Shown here in pieces: positions 39,123 to 49,281 of a DNA stretch of 51,277 nucleotides. The notes beneath the pieces were generated by a model that searched no databases, was not told the origin of the DNA, and worked only from the letters and a program-made list of their open reading frames with translations. Every line of letters starts with the position of its first letter. Position 1 is the stretch's first letter. A program made the position numbers and the translations under genes. The stretch is taken from the sequence record SRR31156797_589; one strand, 5' to 3'.

Positions 39123-41339
39123 TCAATTAGATTCTTCTTCAGATTCCTCGTCAGATTCCTCATCAGAAACAATTTCCTGATATTCGAAAGTAACTGATAC
39201 TTTGCTTCCTTTTTGTACCTTTTCACCTGCTCTTGGGTCTTGATCAAATACAAAGTTTCCGCTATTGACAATAGTCATTTCCAGATTGCTTTCTGAAAGC
39301 AAATCAATGGCTTCTAGCGGAGAAAGACCAAATAAGTTAGGTACTTCTACTAGATAATCCTCTCCATTATTCGTTACTTGCTCTACCTGTACGATAATAT
39401 TTTCACCCTTTTCGATTTCAACGTCTGCGCCAGGTATCTGCGATACTATTTTACCACTAAAGCCCTCTTGTACACAACCTAAACCTGCATCTTTTAGCTC
39501 TATCTCTGCTTCTTCATATGTCATGCCTACTACATTTGGTACTGTAATCATTTCAGTAGTATTAGTAGTACTAGTCATATTCGGCTGAATATTTAGGTAT
39601 GGCAGAGCTTGTTCCAGTATGTTTTTCACATATGGAGCTGCCACAATTGAACCGTAAGAAGAACCTGCAGTAGGTTCATCTACTGTTATCAATACTACAA
39701 GCTGAGGGTCATCCATTGGTGCTGCAGCGATAAATGATGATATATGCTTGTCATGGAGTACAGCTCCGTTCTCATCATATTTTTGTGCTGTTCCTGTTTT
39801 GCCGCCTATTGCATACCCTTCTATCTGTGCATTTCTACCGCTTCCATTATCAACAACATCCTGCATAATGCTTCGCATAATATCTGAAGTTTTGTTTGAT
39901 ACTACCTGTCTTATCATCTCGTTATCATAAGTTTGTATCGTATTGCCCTGATTGTCGTAGATACTCTTTGCAATCGTGGGTTTATACAGATAACCTCCGT
40001 TAACAATAGCTGATACTGCTGTAACTAACTGCAGCGGTGTTACTGCTATTGCCTGACCGAAGCTGATTCTAGCTAAATCTACATTTTTTACATATTTTTC
40101 ATTTGTAACTATTCCAGATGCTTCACCGTGCATCAAAACGTCAGTTTCTTCACCAAATCCAAATCCATATATATAATCATAAAATAGTGATTTACCCATG
40201 CTAAGCCCCATAGTCATAAAAGCAGGATTGCATGAATTTTGTACTGCACCACTTAGGTTAAGAGTACCGTGAGGTCTGTCTGACCAGCAGTGTATTTTTT
40301 GTCCATCTACTATCTTATATCCAACACAGTTAAAAGTTGAATTAGTATTTACAACTCCTGAGTCTAAGGCTGCTGCTGTTGTAACCAATTTAAAAGTTGA
40401 ACCCGGCTCATATACATCAGTAATACATCTGTTACGGCTTAGTTCGCTTAGTACTGTTGCATCATACCTTGGAGGATCATTGTTATCAAAATCCGGCTTA
40501 TTAACCATTGCCAGTATGTCACCTGTTTTAGGATCCATTACAATACATGTAGCTGCAGACGCTTGCTGTTCAGTTATACAAAGTTCCAGAGCAGACTCAG
40601 CAAACGATTGTATTGCCATGTCGATTGAAAGCTGTACATTGTATCCATCGGTAGATTCTACAATCTCCTCATATGAACCTGGTATCTTGTTGCCTGCACC
40701 ATCTGTTTCGATTTTCTGGCTTCCATCCTCGCCTTTTAAGTATTTATCAAATCTAGATTCTATCCCTTCAATACCTAACCCGTCAACTGTAGTGAAACCT
40801 AAAACTTGAGTCAGAAAATCACCCATAGGATAGACACGTTCCATGTCGTCTCTAAGTAATACACCCGAATAGGAGACTTCTTTCTCCTCGCCGTCTTCTG
40901 TAGTATAATTATATTTTAATAAGCGAATAGTTTCAGCTTGTTCAGCTGAAACATTGTACTTTAAAATGACCTGTGATTCGTTTTTATAGGTTGCTATTTC
41001 AATATCATGCTCATCCATCTCAAGTATTTCAGATAGATTTTTGATTAAAGAGTCTCTCTGATATTCATATTTTTCTATTATTGATGGCTGCAGTATAACC
41101 GTATAACTGCTTACAGATACAGCAAGAGAATTATAATTCCTGTCAACTATATTTCCTCGGTACGCTTCTATAGTCAGCTCTCTTGACCACTGCAGCTGTG
41201 CCAAACGCTTTAGTTCGTCGCTCTCAATAATCTGCCACTTTACAATTCGTCCAAGCAGAACTGCCATGATTAATAAAACACCACACAACATGAAGAAAAT
41301 CCGTCTGCGAATTATTGAATCATTTCTAAAACCTGCCAT
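39123..41339 (-). CDS. spoVD: Class B PBP with two PASTA domains (SpoVD/FtsI)
   Basis: EPGSTFK, SCN and GGKTGTAQK, plus two VPN..G PASTA repeats. Confidence 0.85.
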   Translation of the reverse strand: MAGFRNDSIIRRRIFFMLCGVLLIMAVLLGRIVKWQIIESDELKRLAQLQWSRELTIEAYRGNIVDRNYNSLAVSVSSYTVILQPSIIEKYEYQRDSLIKNLSEILEMDEHDIEIATYKNESQVILKYNVSAEQAETIRLLKYNYTTEDGEEKEVSYSGVLLRDDMERVYPMGDFLTQVLGFTTVDGLGIEGIESRFDKYLKGEDGSQKIETDGAGNKIPGSYEEIVESTDGYNVQLSIDMAIQSFAESALELCITEQQASAATCIVMDPKTGDILAMVNKPDFDNNDPPRYDATVLSELSRNRCITDVYEPGSTFKLVTTAAALDSGVVNTNSTFNCVGYKIVDGQKIHCWSDRPHGTLNLSGAVQNSCNPAFMTMGLSMGKSLFYDYIYGFGFGEETDVLMHGEASGIVTNEKYVKNVDLARISFGQAIAVTPLQLVTAVSAIVNGGYLYKPTIAKSIYDNQGNTIQTYDNEMIRQVVSNKTSDIMRSIMQDVVDNGSGRNAQIEGYAIGGKTGTAQKYDENGAVLHDKHISSFIAAAPMDDPQLVVLITVDEPTAGSSYGSIVAAPYVKNILEQALPYLNIQPNMTSTTNTTEMITVPNVVGMTYEEAEIELKDAGLGCVQEGFSGKIVSQIPGADVEIEKGENIIVQVEQVTNNGEDYLVEVPNLFGLSPLEAIDLLSESNLEMTIVNSGNFVFDQDPRAGEKVQKGSKVSVTFEYQEIVSDEESDEESEEESN

Positions 41340-41354
41340 TTTTTATCAGTCCTT

Positions 41355-41780
41355 TTAATTATTGTGGCTAACAGATAAACTTACTATACCATCTTCACCT
41401 ACATAAAGCTGGTGAATTTGTTCTTCAGTAGGGCTTGACATACCCAAAAGGTTAGCATTTTCTCGTATTGATTCAATATTTGCAGCTGTAGAAATCACAC
41501 TTTCAAGATTCTTGTTCTCTCTGTTGATTTCGTAGATTTCCTTTTCAAGGATGTCTATCTCTCTTTGAACTGCAGATATCTGCCACAATACTGAAATAAA
41601 CGCAATGCTTGCTAGGAATGCAAAAACCAATATGGAAATCACAACAACATTGCCGATAACCTTATTTGAATAAGCTTTAGCTGCATGATTTACCTGTCTT
41701 TGATCCTCTGTTACTACGTAGAAGTCCCTACGCCTTCTGGTATTGTTATATTCCCTCTCATTAATTCTAGCTACACTCAT
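41355..41780 (-). CDS. ftsL: Cell division protein FtsL-like
   Basis: TM plus coiled coil ending in A..LGM..P, between rsmH and the PBP. Start placed at 41780 after GGAGTG. Confidence 0.7.
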   Translation of the reverse strand: MSVARINEREYNNTRRRRDFYVVTEDQRQVNHAAKAYSNKVIGNVVVISILVFAFLASIAFISVLWQISAVQREIDILEKEIYEINRENKNLESVISTAANIESIRENANLLGMSSPTEEQIHQLYVGEDGIVSLSVSHNN

Positions 41781-41813
41781 AATCTTATTCACTCCCATTA
41801 AAATAAATTACTA

Positions 41814-42752
41814 CTAGTTTTTTATAAAAACCCTCAACCTAGCACTTTTTGATCTTGAATTTTTATTAATTTCATCTTCACTGGGGACTATCCCCTTCCT
41901 AGGAACAGCTTTTCCTTTGCTGGTTTTACCACATATACAGTACGGAATATCTTTTGGACAGGTGCATGGATCCTCGGCTTCCCTCATTGCCCGTTTAATC
42001 TCCCTGTCTTCAAGTGAATGGAATGATATTATGCATAAACGCCCTCCAGGTTTAAGTATATTTATCATATTCTTGACAGCTTCCCTCAAGCCTTCAAGCT
42101 CTCCATTTACTTCGATCCGTATGCCCATAAATGATCTTTTTGTCGGATTACCGCCTTTTCGTCTGGCTGGCATTGGTATAACACTTTTGATTATTTCCGA
42201 CAATTCATTAGTTGTTTCAATTGGTTGATCATCCCTTACGCTTACAATCTTTGATGCAATTTTATTAGCAAACTTTTCCTCACCGTATACCCTCAATATT
42301 CTTGCTAAATCACGTTGTTCGTACGTATTTACTACTGTGTAAGCATTTAGCTCTTGCTCCTGATTCATCCTCATATCAAGTGCTGCGTTTTTACAGTATG
42401 AAAACCCCCGATGAGGCTGGTCTATCTGGTAGCTGCTGATTCCGCAGTCAATTAAGATTCCATCAACTTTAGCAACGCCTTTAGCTTTTAAACATCCCTC
42501 AATGTTTTTATAGTTCCCATGTATCGCCGTAAATCTATTACCGTATTGTTCCAATCGTTTTTTGCTATATTCAAGTGCTTCTTTGTCTCTGTCAATTCCA
42601 TAGAGCATTCCACGTTTATCAAGCTTTTGCAGAATTGCTTCTGAATGTCCTCCGAAACCAAGTGTACCATCACAGTAAATACCACTTTTATCAGTAATCA
42701 GATTGTCCAATACTTCATTCAGCAATATTGGTATATGAATTGTATTGTCCAT
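41814..42752 (-). CDS. rsmH: 16S rRNA m4C1402 methyltransferase
   Basis: HIPILL.E, DGTLGFGGHS, LDMRM, ISFHSLEDR and RSKSARLR motifs. Confidence 0.98.
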   Translation of the reverse strand: MDNTIHIPILLNEVLDNLITDKSGIYCDGTLGFGGHSEAILQKLDKRGMLYGIDRDKEALEYSKKRLEQYGNRFTAIHGNYKNIEGCLKAKGVAKVDGILIDCGISSYQIDQPHRGFSYCKNAALDMRMNQEQELNAYTVVNTYEQRDLARILRVYGEEKFANKIASKIVSVRDDQPIETTNELSEIIKSVIPMPARRKGGNPTKRSFMGIRIEVNGELEGLREAVKNMINILKPGGRLCIISFHSLEDREIKRAMREAEDPCTCPKDIPYCICGKTSKGKAVPRKGIVPSEDEINKNSRSKSARLRVFIKN

Positions 42753-42772
42753 CTAAATCACCTTCTGGTATA

Positions 42773-43234
42773 TTATTTGTCCTTGTCACTTAACCTTTGA
42801 TTTACAATAATTAATGAATCCTGGAAGTCGCTATCGACTGTTGCTCCTGATTCATATACTTCACGCAGTTCGGTTGCCCAAAGTTCAAAATGATCAAACT
42901 TACCTACAACTGATACACTGCTCTTTATCTGAACAGCCTGTCTAAGTTTTTGTGACAGTGTTATTCTTCCCTGTGAATCTAGTTTTGTATACTCAGCACG
43001 ACCAACAATTCTGTCCAAAATTCTCTCAACGTGTTTGTCTATTACAGTTAATTTGGTATATTTCTCAACAAATTTTATGTAAAAATCATATGTTACTAGC
43101 TTAACGCACTTGTTGTTCAGGTCCTCGTAAGCAACTAATTGCACATCTTTTAGCTCAGCACGATGCATGACAGGGGTAGCAACCCTACCCTTATCATCAA
43201 CAGAATATTCTTTTGTTCCTATGAATAATCCCAT
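42773..43234 (-). CDS. mraZ: Division/cell-wall regulator MraZ
   Basis: Two DxKGR/DSQGR repeats and VG..DHFELW. First gene of the dcw cluster. Confidence 0.9.
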   Translation of the reverse strand: MGLFIGTKEYSVDDKGRVATPVMHRAELKDVQLVAYEDLNNKCVKLVTYDFYIKFVEKYTKLTVIDKHVERILDRIVGRAEYTKLDSQGRITLSQKLRQAVQIKSSVSVVGKFDHFELWATELREVYESGATVDSDFQDSLIIVNQRLSDKDK

Positions 43235-43260
43235 ACTGATACCTTTGACGTGTTCAAATA

Positions 43261-43340
43261 CCCCACTTTATAGGTCTATTTACCCACAAACATTGTATTT
43301 TGCTCCCTTATTTCTCCACATGCTACCCATTTTCTCCCAC
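43261..43340 (-). promoter_or_regulatory. MraZ-binding GTGG repeat array with embedded TACAAT -10
   Basis: GTGGGA, ATGGGT, GTGGAG, AGGGAG, GTGGGT and GTGGGG at 10/11/11/21/21-nt spacing. Confidence 0.75.
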
Positions 43341-43454
43341 AATATAATGAAAAAAATAACCAAAATAAAGCTTTGGGTAAAAATTTGTGCTAAATTCAAT
43401 TCAGCAGTTTATTTCAATAACTATGTTATAGTGTAAAGAGAAATTTACACACTT

Positions 43455-43483
43455 AATGTATCACGTTTGGCAATGATTGTCAA
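43455..43483 (-). promoter_or_regulatory. SigA promoter upstream of mraZ
   Basis: TTGACA-17 nt-TACATT with TG extension. Confidence 0.7.
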
Positions 43484-43692
43484 GACTCATACTTGTAAAA
43501 TAGTGTCGATTTTATCCATTTTCTCAAAGAATAATTATATTAAACAAGAAAAATAAGAACTTAAAGCAATATATCTATAAAACTGTTGTAAATTGTATAA
43601 TTTTATAGTCAATTAAATACAGAATCCTTTAGAATAACAGAAAAAAATATATTGTTCATAAAATAACTAATTCTCCAAATTTCATTACAAAT

Positions 43693-44640
43693 CTATATAA
43701 AAAGCTTTCGAATGCTGTTAATTACGTAATATACTAATGGACTTACTCTGAAAAGCACAATTCTTGCTTTATTTACACGTGTCTGACCTTTACCCTTTAA
43801 TAACTCTTTTTGTATATAGAATTTATATTCTTTCTTATACATTTTTGATACTTGAAAGACATTCAAGTAGAAATTTACCATATGATCATATAGGTAATTT
43901 CGCAGATTATCATCGTTTATATCTTTATACACTTCATCCAAATGATGACAGATGAACAAAACGTCTTTGGCTTTCTTTGTGCTATCATGGCTTTTTGTGA
44001 TAGAATTATCTCTGATAATATAATTATAAAAAACTATATCTGTTGGAAGTATTGATTTAGCGGCCAAAAAAGCTGTTGGTGTAAATATCTCGTCTTCATG
44101 ATACAGCCCTTTAATAAACCTAAGATTATTATTATTCAAGAACTCTAATGAGTATAGATTAAAGCAAGCGGCCATATTCATTGTTTCATTTTTTAATTCA
44201 TTAACAAGGAAATCGCTTGGCTTAAGCATACTGATACTGTTTGTAATATCATGTGCTATTTTTATTATCTTCTTATCTTCAACACGAAGCGCATTGGCAG
44301 TTAAAATATCAGGTTCTCTATTTCCTATTCTTTCTACAAAGTTTTGGCAGGCATTTAAATCAATGTAATCATCTGAATCAAGGAACATTACATAGTCACC
44401 GCTGGACTTATTTAGTCCTGTATTTCTTGCATCAGAAAGTCCACCATTATCTTTATCAATAACTAATATTCTGCTATCTATATCTTTATATTTATTGCAT
44501 ATAGACAGAGAATCATCTGTGCTTCCATCATTAATTAATATAATTTGCAAATTTTTATATGTTTGGTTAATTACACTTTCAACGCATCTTGGTAATAAAT
44601 AACCAGTATTATATACAGGAATTATTATACTTATTTGCAA
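43693..44640 (-). CDS. GT2 glycosyltransferase (paralogue B)
   Basis: SIIIPVYN, NDGS, GGLSDARN, FLDSDD and HED. Likely TTG start 5 nt after GGAGG. Confidence 0.92.
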   Translation of the reverse strand: MQISIIIPVYNTGYLLPRCVESVINQTYKNLQIILINDGSTDDSLSICNKYKDIDSRILVIDKDNGGLSDARNTGLNKSSGDYVMFLDSDDYIDLNACQNFVERIGNREPDILTANALRVEDKKIIKIAHDITNSISMLKPSDFLVNELKNETMNMAACFNLYSLEFLNNNNLRFIKGLYHEDEIFTPTAFLAAKSILPTDIVFYNYIIRDNSITKSHDSTKKAKDVLFICHHLDEVYKDINDDNLRNYLYDHMVNFYLNVFQVSKMYKKEYKFYIQKELLKGKGQTRVNKARIVLFRVSPLVYYVINSIRKLFI

Positions 44641-44745
44641 AGTTGCCTCCATTATTATTTCATAGTTCAAAATTTCGTTTTCTTACAAAATTTATAGTTA
44701 AGTAGTAGCCAGATTATCTGCAAATATACAAATAACCATAAAGAT

Positions 44746-45693
44746 CTAAATAAAATATCTTCTAATTTCGTTAATCATATAGTAAATTACTGGACTTATT
44801 CTAAACAGCATTATCCTTGCTTTATTTACTCTTGTTTGTCCTTTACCTATCAGAAGTTCTTTATCAATAAAATATCGATATTTACGCTTATATAGTTTTG
44901 AAGTTTGAAAAATATTCAAGTAGAAATTAACCATATGATCATAAAGATAGTTCTTCAAAGTAACATCGCCTATATTTTTATACACTTCGTCAAGGTGTTT
45001 ACAGATACTTAGAACATCATTTGCTTTTTTTGAGTAATTCTTATTCTTTGTAATGGAGTTTTCTCTTATAATATAATTATAGTAAATAATATCAGTTGGC
45101 AGAACAGATTCTGCAGATAAAAAAGCTATTGGTGTGAACAACTCGTCCTCGTGGTATATTCCTTTTTTAAATTGGAGATTATTCTTATTAAGAAAACTAA
45201 GTGAATATAGATTCAGCCACACAGCCATATTCATTGAATTGTTCTTTAGTTCCTGCAGTAGAAAACTCTGTGCAGGAATTATATTGGTATTATCAGTAAT
45301 ACTGTGGATAATTTTCGTTACTTCGTTGTCTTCTATACGTTTGGCATTCGCAGTTACTATATCAGGTTTCTTGCTGCCGATACTATCAACAAAATTTTGA
45401 CATGCATCAATATCAATATAATCATCTGAGTCAAGAAACATTACATAGTCCCCGGTAGCGATTGCTAGACCTGCGTTTCTTGCATCAGATAAACCTCCGT
45501 TTTCCTTATCTATTACTACTATACGATTATCTGAATCTTTGTATTCACTACACACAAATAGAGAGCTGTCCTTGCTCCCGTCATTGACTAATATAATTTG
45601 TAAATCCCTATATGTTTGATTAATTGCACTGTCTATGCATTTTGGCAGCAAATCGACAGTATTATAAATAGGAATTATTATACTAATTTGCAA
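44746..45693 (-). CDS. GT2 glycosyltransferase (paralogue A)
   Basis: Same motifs as paralogue B. Likely TTG start 5 nt after AGGAGG. Confidence 0.92.
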   Translation of the reverse strand: MQISIIIPIYNTVDLLPKCIDSAINQTYRDLQIILVNDGSKDSSLFVCSEYKDSDNRIVVIDKENGGLSDARNAGLAIATGDYVMFLDSDDYIDIDACQNFVDSIGSKKPDIVTANAKRIEDNEVTKIIHSITDNTNIIPAQSFLLQELKNNSMNMAVWLNLYSLSFLNKNNLQFKKGIYHEDELFTPIAFLSAESVLPTDIIYYNYIIRENSITKNKNYSKKANDVLSICKHLDEVYKNIGDVTLKNYLYDHMVNFYLNIFQTSKLYKRKYRYFIDKELLIGKGQTRVNKARIMLFRISPVIYYMINEIRRYFI

Positions 45694-45712
45694 ATCCACC
45701 TCCTGTTTTTTC

Positions 45713-46195
45713 CTACTTATTACTATCTAGCAGAGACTCAAATTCCTCCTGTGAAACCAATCCGACAAAGCTATCAACCAATTGTCCGTCTTTATAAATG
45801 TGTACCATTGGTATAGCACTAATTTCAAATTCTTTTGAAAGCTCAGGGTTTTGGTCAACATCGACTTTGAATAGCTGTACACCTTTATCAGCGCATACAT
45901 TCTCTAGAATTGGACCTAGTGCTACACATGGACCACACCATTCAGCCCAAAAGTCGACAACTGCAAGACCAGTTGTATTGGGAACAGTGCTTTCAAAGTT
46001 TTCATCAGTAATATTAACTACTTCGAATTCTTCTGACTTAGTGGCTGTTTCCTGAGTTTCCTCAGCAGATTCTTCACTAGCAGTATCGCTAATATACTTC
46101 TCTGTTTCATCGCTGTTACTATTAGATGTAAAACTCGTACAACCACTTAATAATAAAGCTGTTATACAAAAGATTACAATAATTTTTTTGTTCAT
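45713..46195 (-). CDS. Thioredoxin with lipoprotein signal peptide
   Basis: MNKK-hydrophobic-LLSGC lipobox, S/E/T linker and DFWAEWCGPC. Confidence 0.88.
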   Translation of the reverse strand: MNKKIIVIFCITALLLSGCTSFTSNSNSDETEKYISDTASEESAEETQETATKSEEFEVVNITDENFESTVPNTTGLAVVDFWAEWCGPCVALGPILENVCADKGVQLFKVDVDQNPELSKEFEISAIPMVHIYKDGQLVDSFVGLVSQEEFESLLDSNK

Positions 46196-46208
46196 AGAAT
46201 AAACCTTT

Positions 46209-47282
46209 CTATTTGTCGCAAAATCTAATCCCTAGATTTCTAGCATCTTGAATTATATCACTATCCGGTGGTACTAATTTAAGTTTTCCGGCTATATCGG
46301 CTAAATAGTTGGATGTTACTTCATTATCTACCATTGCAACAGATCTTCCGAATTCTTTATCGTAGATAAGTTCTGCTGCGTGTACCCCAAATCTAGTGGA
46401 AAGCATTCTGTCATAAGCAGATGGACTTCCGCCTCTTACTATATGTCCTGGTGATACTACACGAGTTTCATAACCAGTTTTTTCAAACACTTTAGTTGCA
46501 ATTCTATGAGAAACAGAAAAATATCCGGAATTTTCCCTGTATTCTTCTAATTCAGATTTACTCATCTTTGCTTCTTTTTGGCTCATCGCCCCTTCAGCAA
46601 CAGCAATGATTGAGAATTTTTTACCTTTTTCAGCTCTGTCTTTTACAGCACTAACAACCTTTTTTATTTCAAAAGGTATCTCAGGTATCAGAATGATATC
46701 AGCACCGCCTGCAATACCGGCAAACAAATTCAGCCAGCCAGCTTTATGCCCCATAAGCTCCACTATCATTACTCTACCGTGGGAACAAGCAGTAGTATGA
46801 ATCCTGTCAATAGCTTCAGTTGCAATATCAACTGCTGTATGGAAGCCGAAGGTTACGTCTGTGCCCCACAAGTCATTGTCAATTGTCTTAGGCAGACCAA
46901 TTACGTTTAATCCCTCTTTATAAAGCATATTTGCTGATTTATGAGTACCGTTACCACCAATTGTAATAAGACAGTCCAGATTCATTTCATGATAATTATT
47001 AATCATAGCTTGTACTTTATCAATACCATCATCGCCGATAATCCGCATTTTCTTGAACGGCTGTCTGGATGTGCCAAAGATAGTACCGCCAAGTGTCAGC
47101 AGTCCGGAGAAATCTTTTTCTTGCATAAGTTTAGCATTATTATGTATTAAACCATGGTAACCATCAATAATTCCATAAATCTGCAGGTTATCAAACATTT
47201 CATATGATGCCTTTGCTACACCTCTAATAGCAGCATTTAGTCCTGGACAGTCTCCACCACTTGTCAAAATACCTATTTTCAT
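46209..47282 (-). CDS. pfkA: 6-phosphofructokinase (G104/K124 type)
   Basis: TSGGDCPGLN, GGNGT, PKTIDND and ELMGH motifs. Confidence 0.93.
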   Translation of the reverse strand: MKIGILTSGGDCPGLNAAIRGVAKASYEMFDNLQIYGIIDGYHGLIHNNAKLMQEKDFSGLLTLGGTIFGTSRQPFKKMRIIGDDGIDKVQAMINNYHEMNLDCLITIGGNGTHKSANMLYKEGLNVIGLPKTIDNDLWGTDVTFGFHTAVDIATEAIDRIHTTACSHGRVMIVELMGHKAGWLNLFAGIAGGADIILIPEIPFEIKKVVSAVKDRAEKGKKFSIIAVAEGAMSQKEAKMSKSELEEYRENSGYFSVSHRIATKVFEKTGYETRVVSPGHIVRGGSPSAYDRMLSTRFGVHAAELIYDKEFGRSVAMVDNEVTSNYLADIAGKLKLVPPDSDIIQDARNLGIRFCDK

Positions 47283-47345
47283 ATCCTTCTCCTATCTATC
47301 TGCGTATAGACTAATTATAAAACATTAGTGTTATATTTGCAATTA

Positions 47346-49205
47346 TCAATCTTTTTGCCCATTATTTTTATGATAATAATTATACACTGCTTTTGCACTG
47401 GTTATGGTCATTCCTTCTACTGCAGATAGTTCATCAATTGTTGCATTCTTTATTGCAGAAATTGTTGGAAATGCAATCTGCAGCTTTCTTCGCCTGCTTG
47501 GACCAATACCTGGTATTGAGTCTAACTCACTTATAACATTGCCTTTCTGGCGAAGTGAACGATGGAAGCTAATAGCAAATCTATGGGCTTCATCTCTTAA
47601 TCTTTGAAGAAGATGCAAAGCAGGATTTCTTTTTCCTATTATTAACGGAACGGATTCTTTTGGGAAGAAAATTTCTTCCTCTCTTTTAGCCAGTCCAATG
47701 GTCTGAATATAACCAACTCCTAATTGTTCCATAGATTCTCTTGCGGAAGATAGTTGTCCTTTTCCTCCGTCAATCACTACCAAATCAGGTAACTCAGCGA
47801 ATTTACCATTTGGAGTTTTATTCTCTATTTCCTCCAAGCCTCTGGAAAATCGCCTATGTATAACTTCTGCCATTGATGCAAAGTCGTTTGCTCCTTCTAC
47901 AGTTTTTATCTTGAATCGTCTATAATCCTTTTTACTTGGCACACCATCTATGAATACAACCATTGATGCAACAGAATTAACTCCCTGAATATTTGATATA
48001 TCATAGCCTTCAATGCGTACAGGACGCTTATCCATGCCAAGGAAGTTCTGCAGTGCAATTACTGCTCCGCCTGTCCTGTCCCATTTACGCTTGTCCTGTT
48101 CAATAAATCTGTCAATGCTTGCAGTTGCATTCTCTACAGACATATCTATAAGGTTTTTCTTCCTGCCTTTCTGAGGAACCAATATGTGTACGGGATTGCC
48201 TCGTTTTTCAGCCAAAAAATATTCCAGTGACTGAGTATCCTCCATATTGTGACTTACTAAGATATTTAATGGAATTGCGTTTTTGCTAGTGTAGTAAACC
48301 TTGATAAAGTATTCCAATATCTCTTTTTGTGTGGCATCATTTGGCACATCCAGCTGTAAGCTGTCAGTACCAATTATTTTGCCGTTTCTTACAATCATTA
48401 TACATATAGCTGCAGTCAAATCCTTTGATGCAGCCCCTATTATATCATAGCTGTCCAAATTACCCTGAATAGCTCTTTGGTTTTGTGCTTGTGCAATCTT
48501 TACATCTTCTAGTGCGTCTCTGTATTTTGCAGCTTGTTCGAAATTCAATTCTACAGAAGCCTTTTCCATTGACTCTTCCAAATCTTTTATTACAGCTTCA
48601 TCATTACCATCTAAGAAATTACATACTTGATGTATTAATGACTTATATTCTTCTATAGTTACTTCGGCTTTACATGGTCCGATGCATCTGCCTATATCAT
48701 AGTTAAGACATGGGCGTACCTTTCCCTTAACTTTTGTAATGTTTAGTGTGCATGATCTAATAGGATAGATTTTACGTACAGTTTCCAGCATTTTTCTCAT
48801 ACTGGTAGAACTAAAGTACGGACCAAAATATCTCGCTCCATCGTTAAGTACTCTTCTGACTACTGTAACTCTTGGGTAGCTAGATTTTACATTGACTTTG
48901 ATATATGGATAATGCTTGCCGTCTCGAAGCATAACATTATACTTAGGCATGTATTCTTTTATTAGGTTTATTTCAAGAGCAAAAGCTTCATTTTCATTTA
49001 GTGTAATTACCCAGTCAATATCACAAATGCTTGCAACCATTGCTGCCGTTTTACCGATTTGAGTACCGTTGAAATAAGACTTGACTCTATTCTTCAAAAC
49101 CTTTGCTTTACCCACATATATAACCTGTCCATCCTTATCCTTCATCAGATAGACTCCGCTTTTTTCAGGCAAATCTTTTAGTTTGTCATTTAACGCAGCT
49201 GTCAA
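47346..49205 (-). CDS. uvrC: Excinuclease ABC subunit C
   Basis: GVY..YVGKA GIY-YIG, FEQAA.YRD, IDGGKGQ, RDEAHRFA and HhH. TTG start after AGGAGG. Confidence 0.98.
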   Translation of the reverse strand: MTAALNDKLKDLPEKSGVYLMKDKDGQVIYVGKAKVLKNRVKSYFNGTQIGKTAAMVASICDIDWVITLNENEAFALEINLIKEYMPKYNVMLRDGKHYPYIKVNVKSSYPRVTVVRRVLNDGARYFGPYFSSTSMRKMLETVRKIYPIRSCTLNITKVKGKVRPCLNYDIGRCIGPCKAEVTIEEYKSLIHQVCNFLDGNDEAVIKDLEESMEKASVELNFEQAAKYRDALEDVKIAQAQNQRAIQGNLDSYDIIGAASKDLTAAICIMIVRNGKIIGTDSLQLDVPNDATQKEILEYFIKVYYTSKNAIPLNILVSHNMEDTQSLEYFLAEKRGNPVHILVPQKGRKKNLIDMSVENATASIDRFIEQDKRKWDRTGGAVIALQNFLGMDKRPVRIEGYDISNIQGVNSVASMVVFIDGVPSKKDYRRFKIKTVEGANDFASMAEVIHRRFSRGLEEIENKTPNGKFAELPDLVVIDGGKGQLSSARESMEQLGVGYIQTIGLAKREEEIFFPKESVPLIIGKRNPALHLLQRLRDEAHRFAISFHRSLRQKGNVISELDSIPGIGPSRRRKLQIAFPTISAIKNATIDELSAVEGMTITSAKAVYNYYHKNNGQKD

Positions 49206-49281
49206 AATAACCTCCTACAGCAATTTGATTTGATAAGATATATTATACAACATTTATCAAGAAAATGTAGTGAATAACTTA

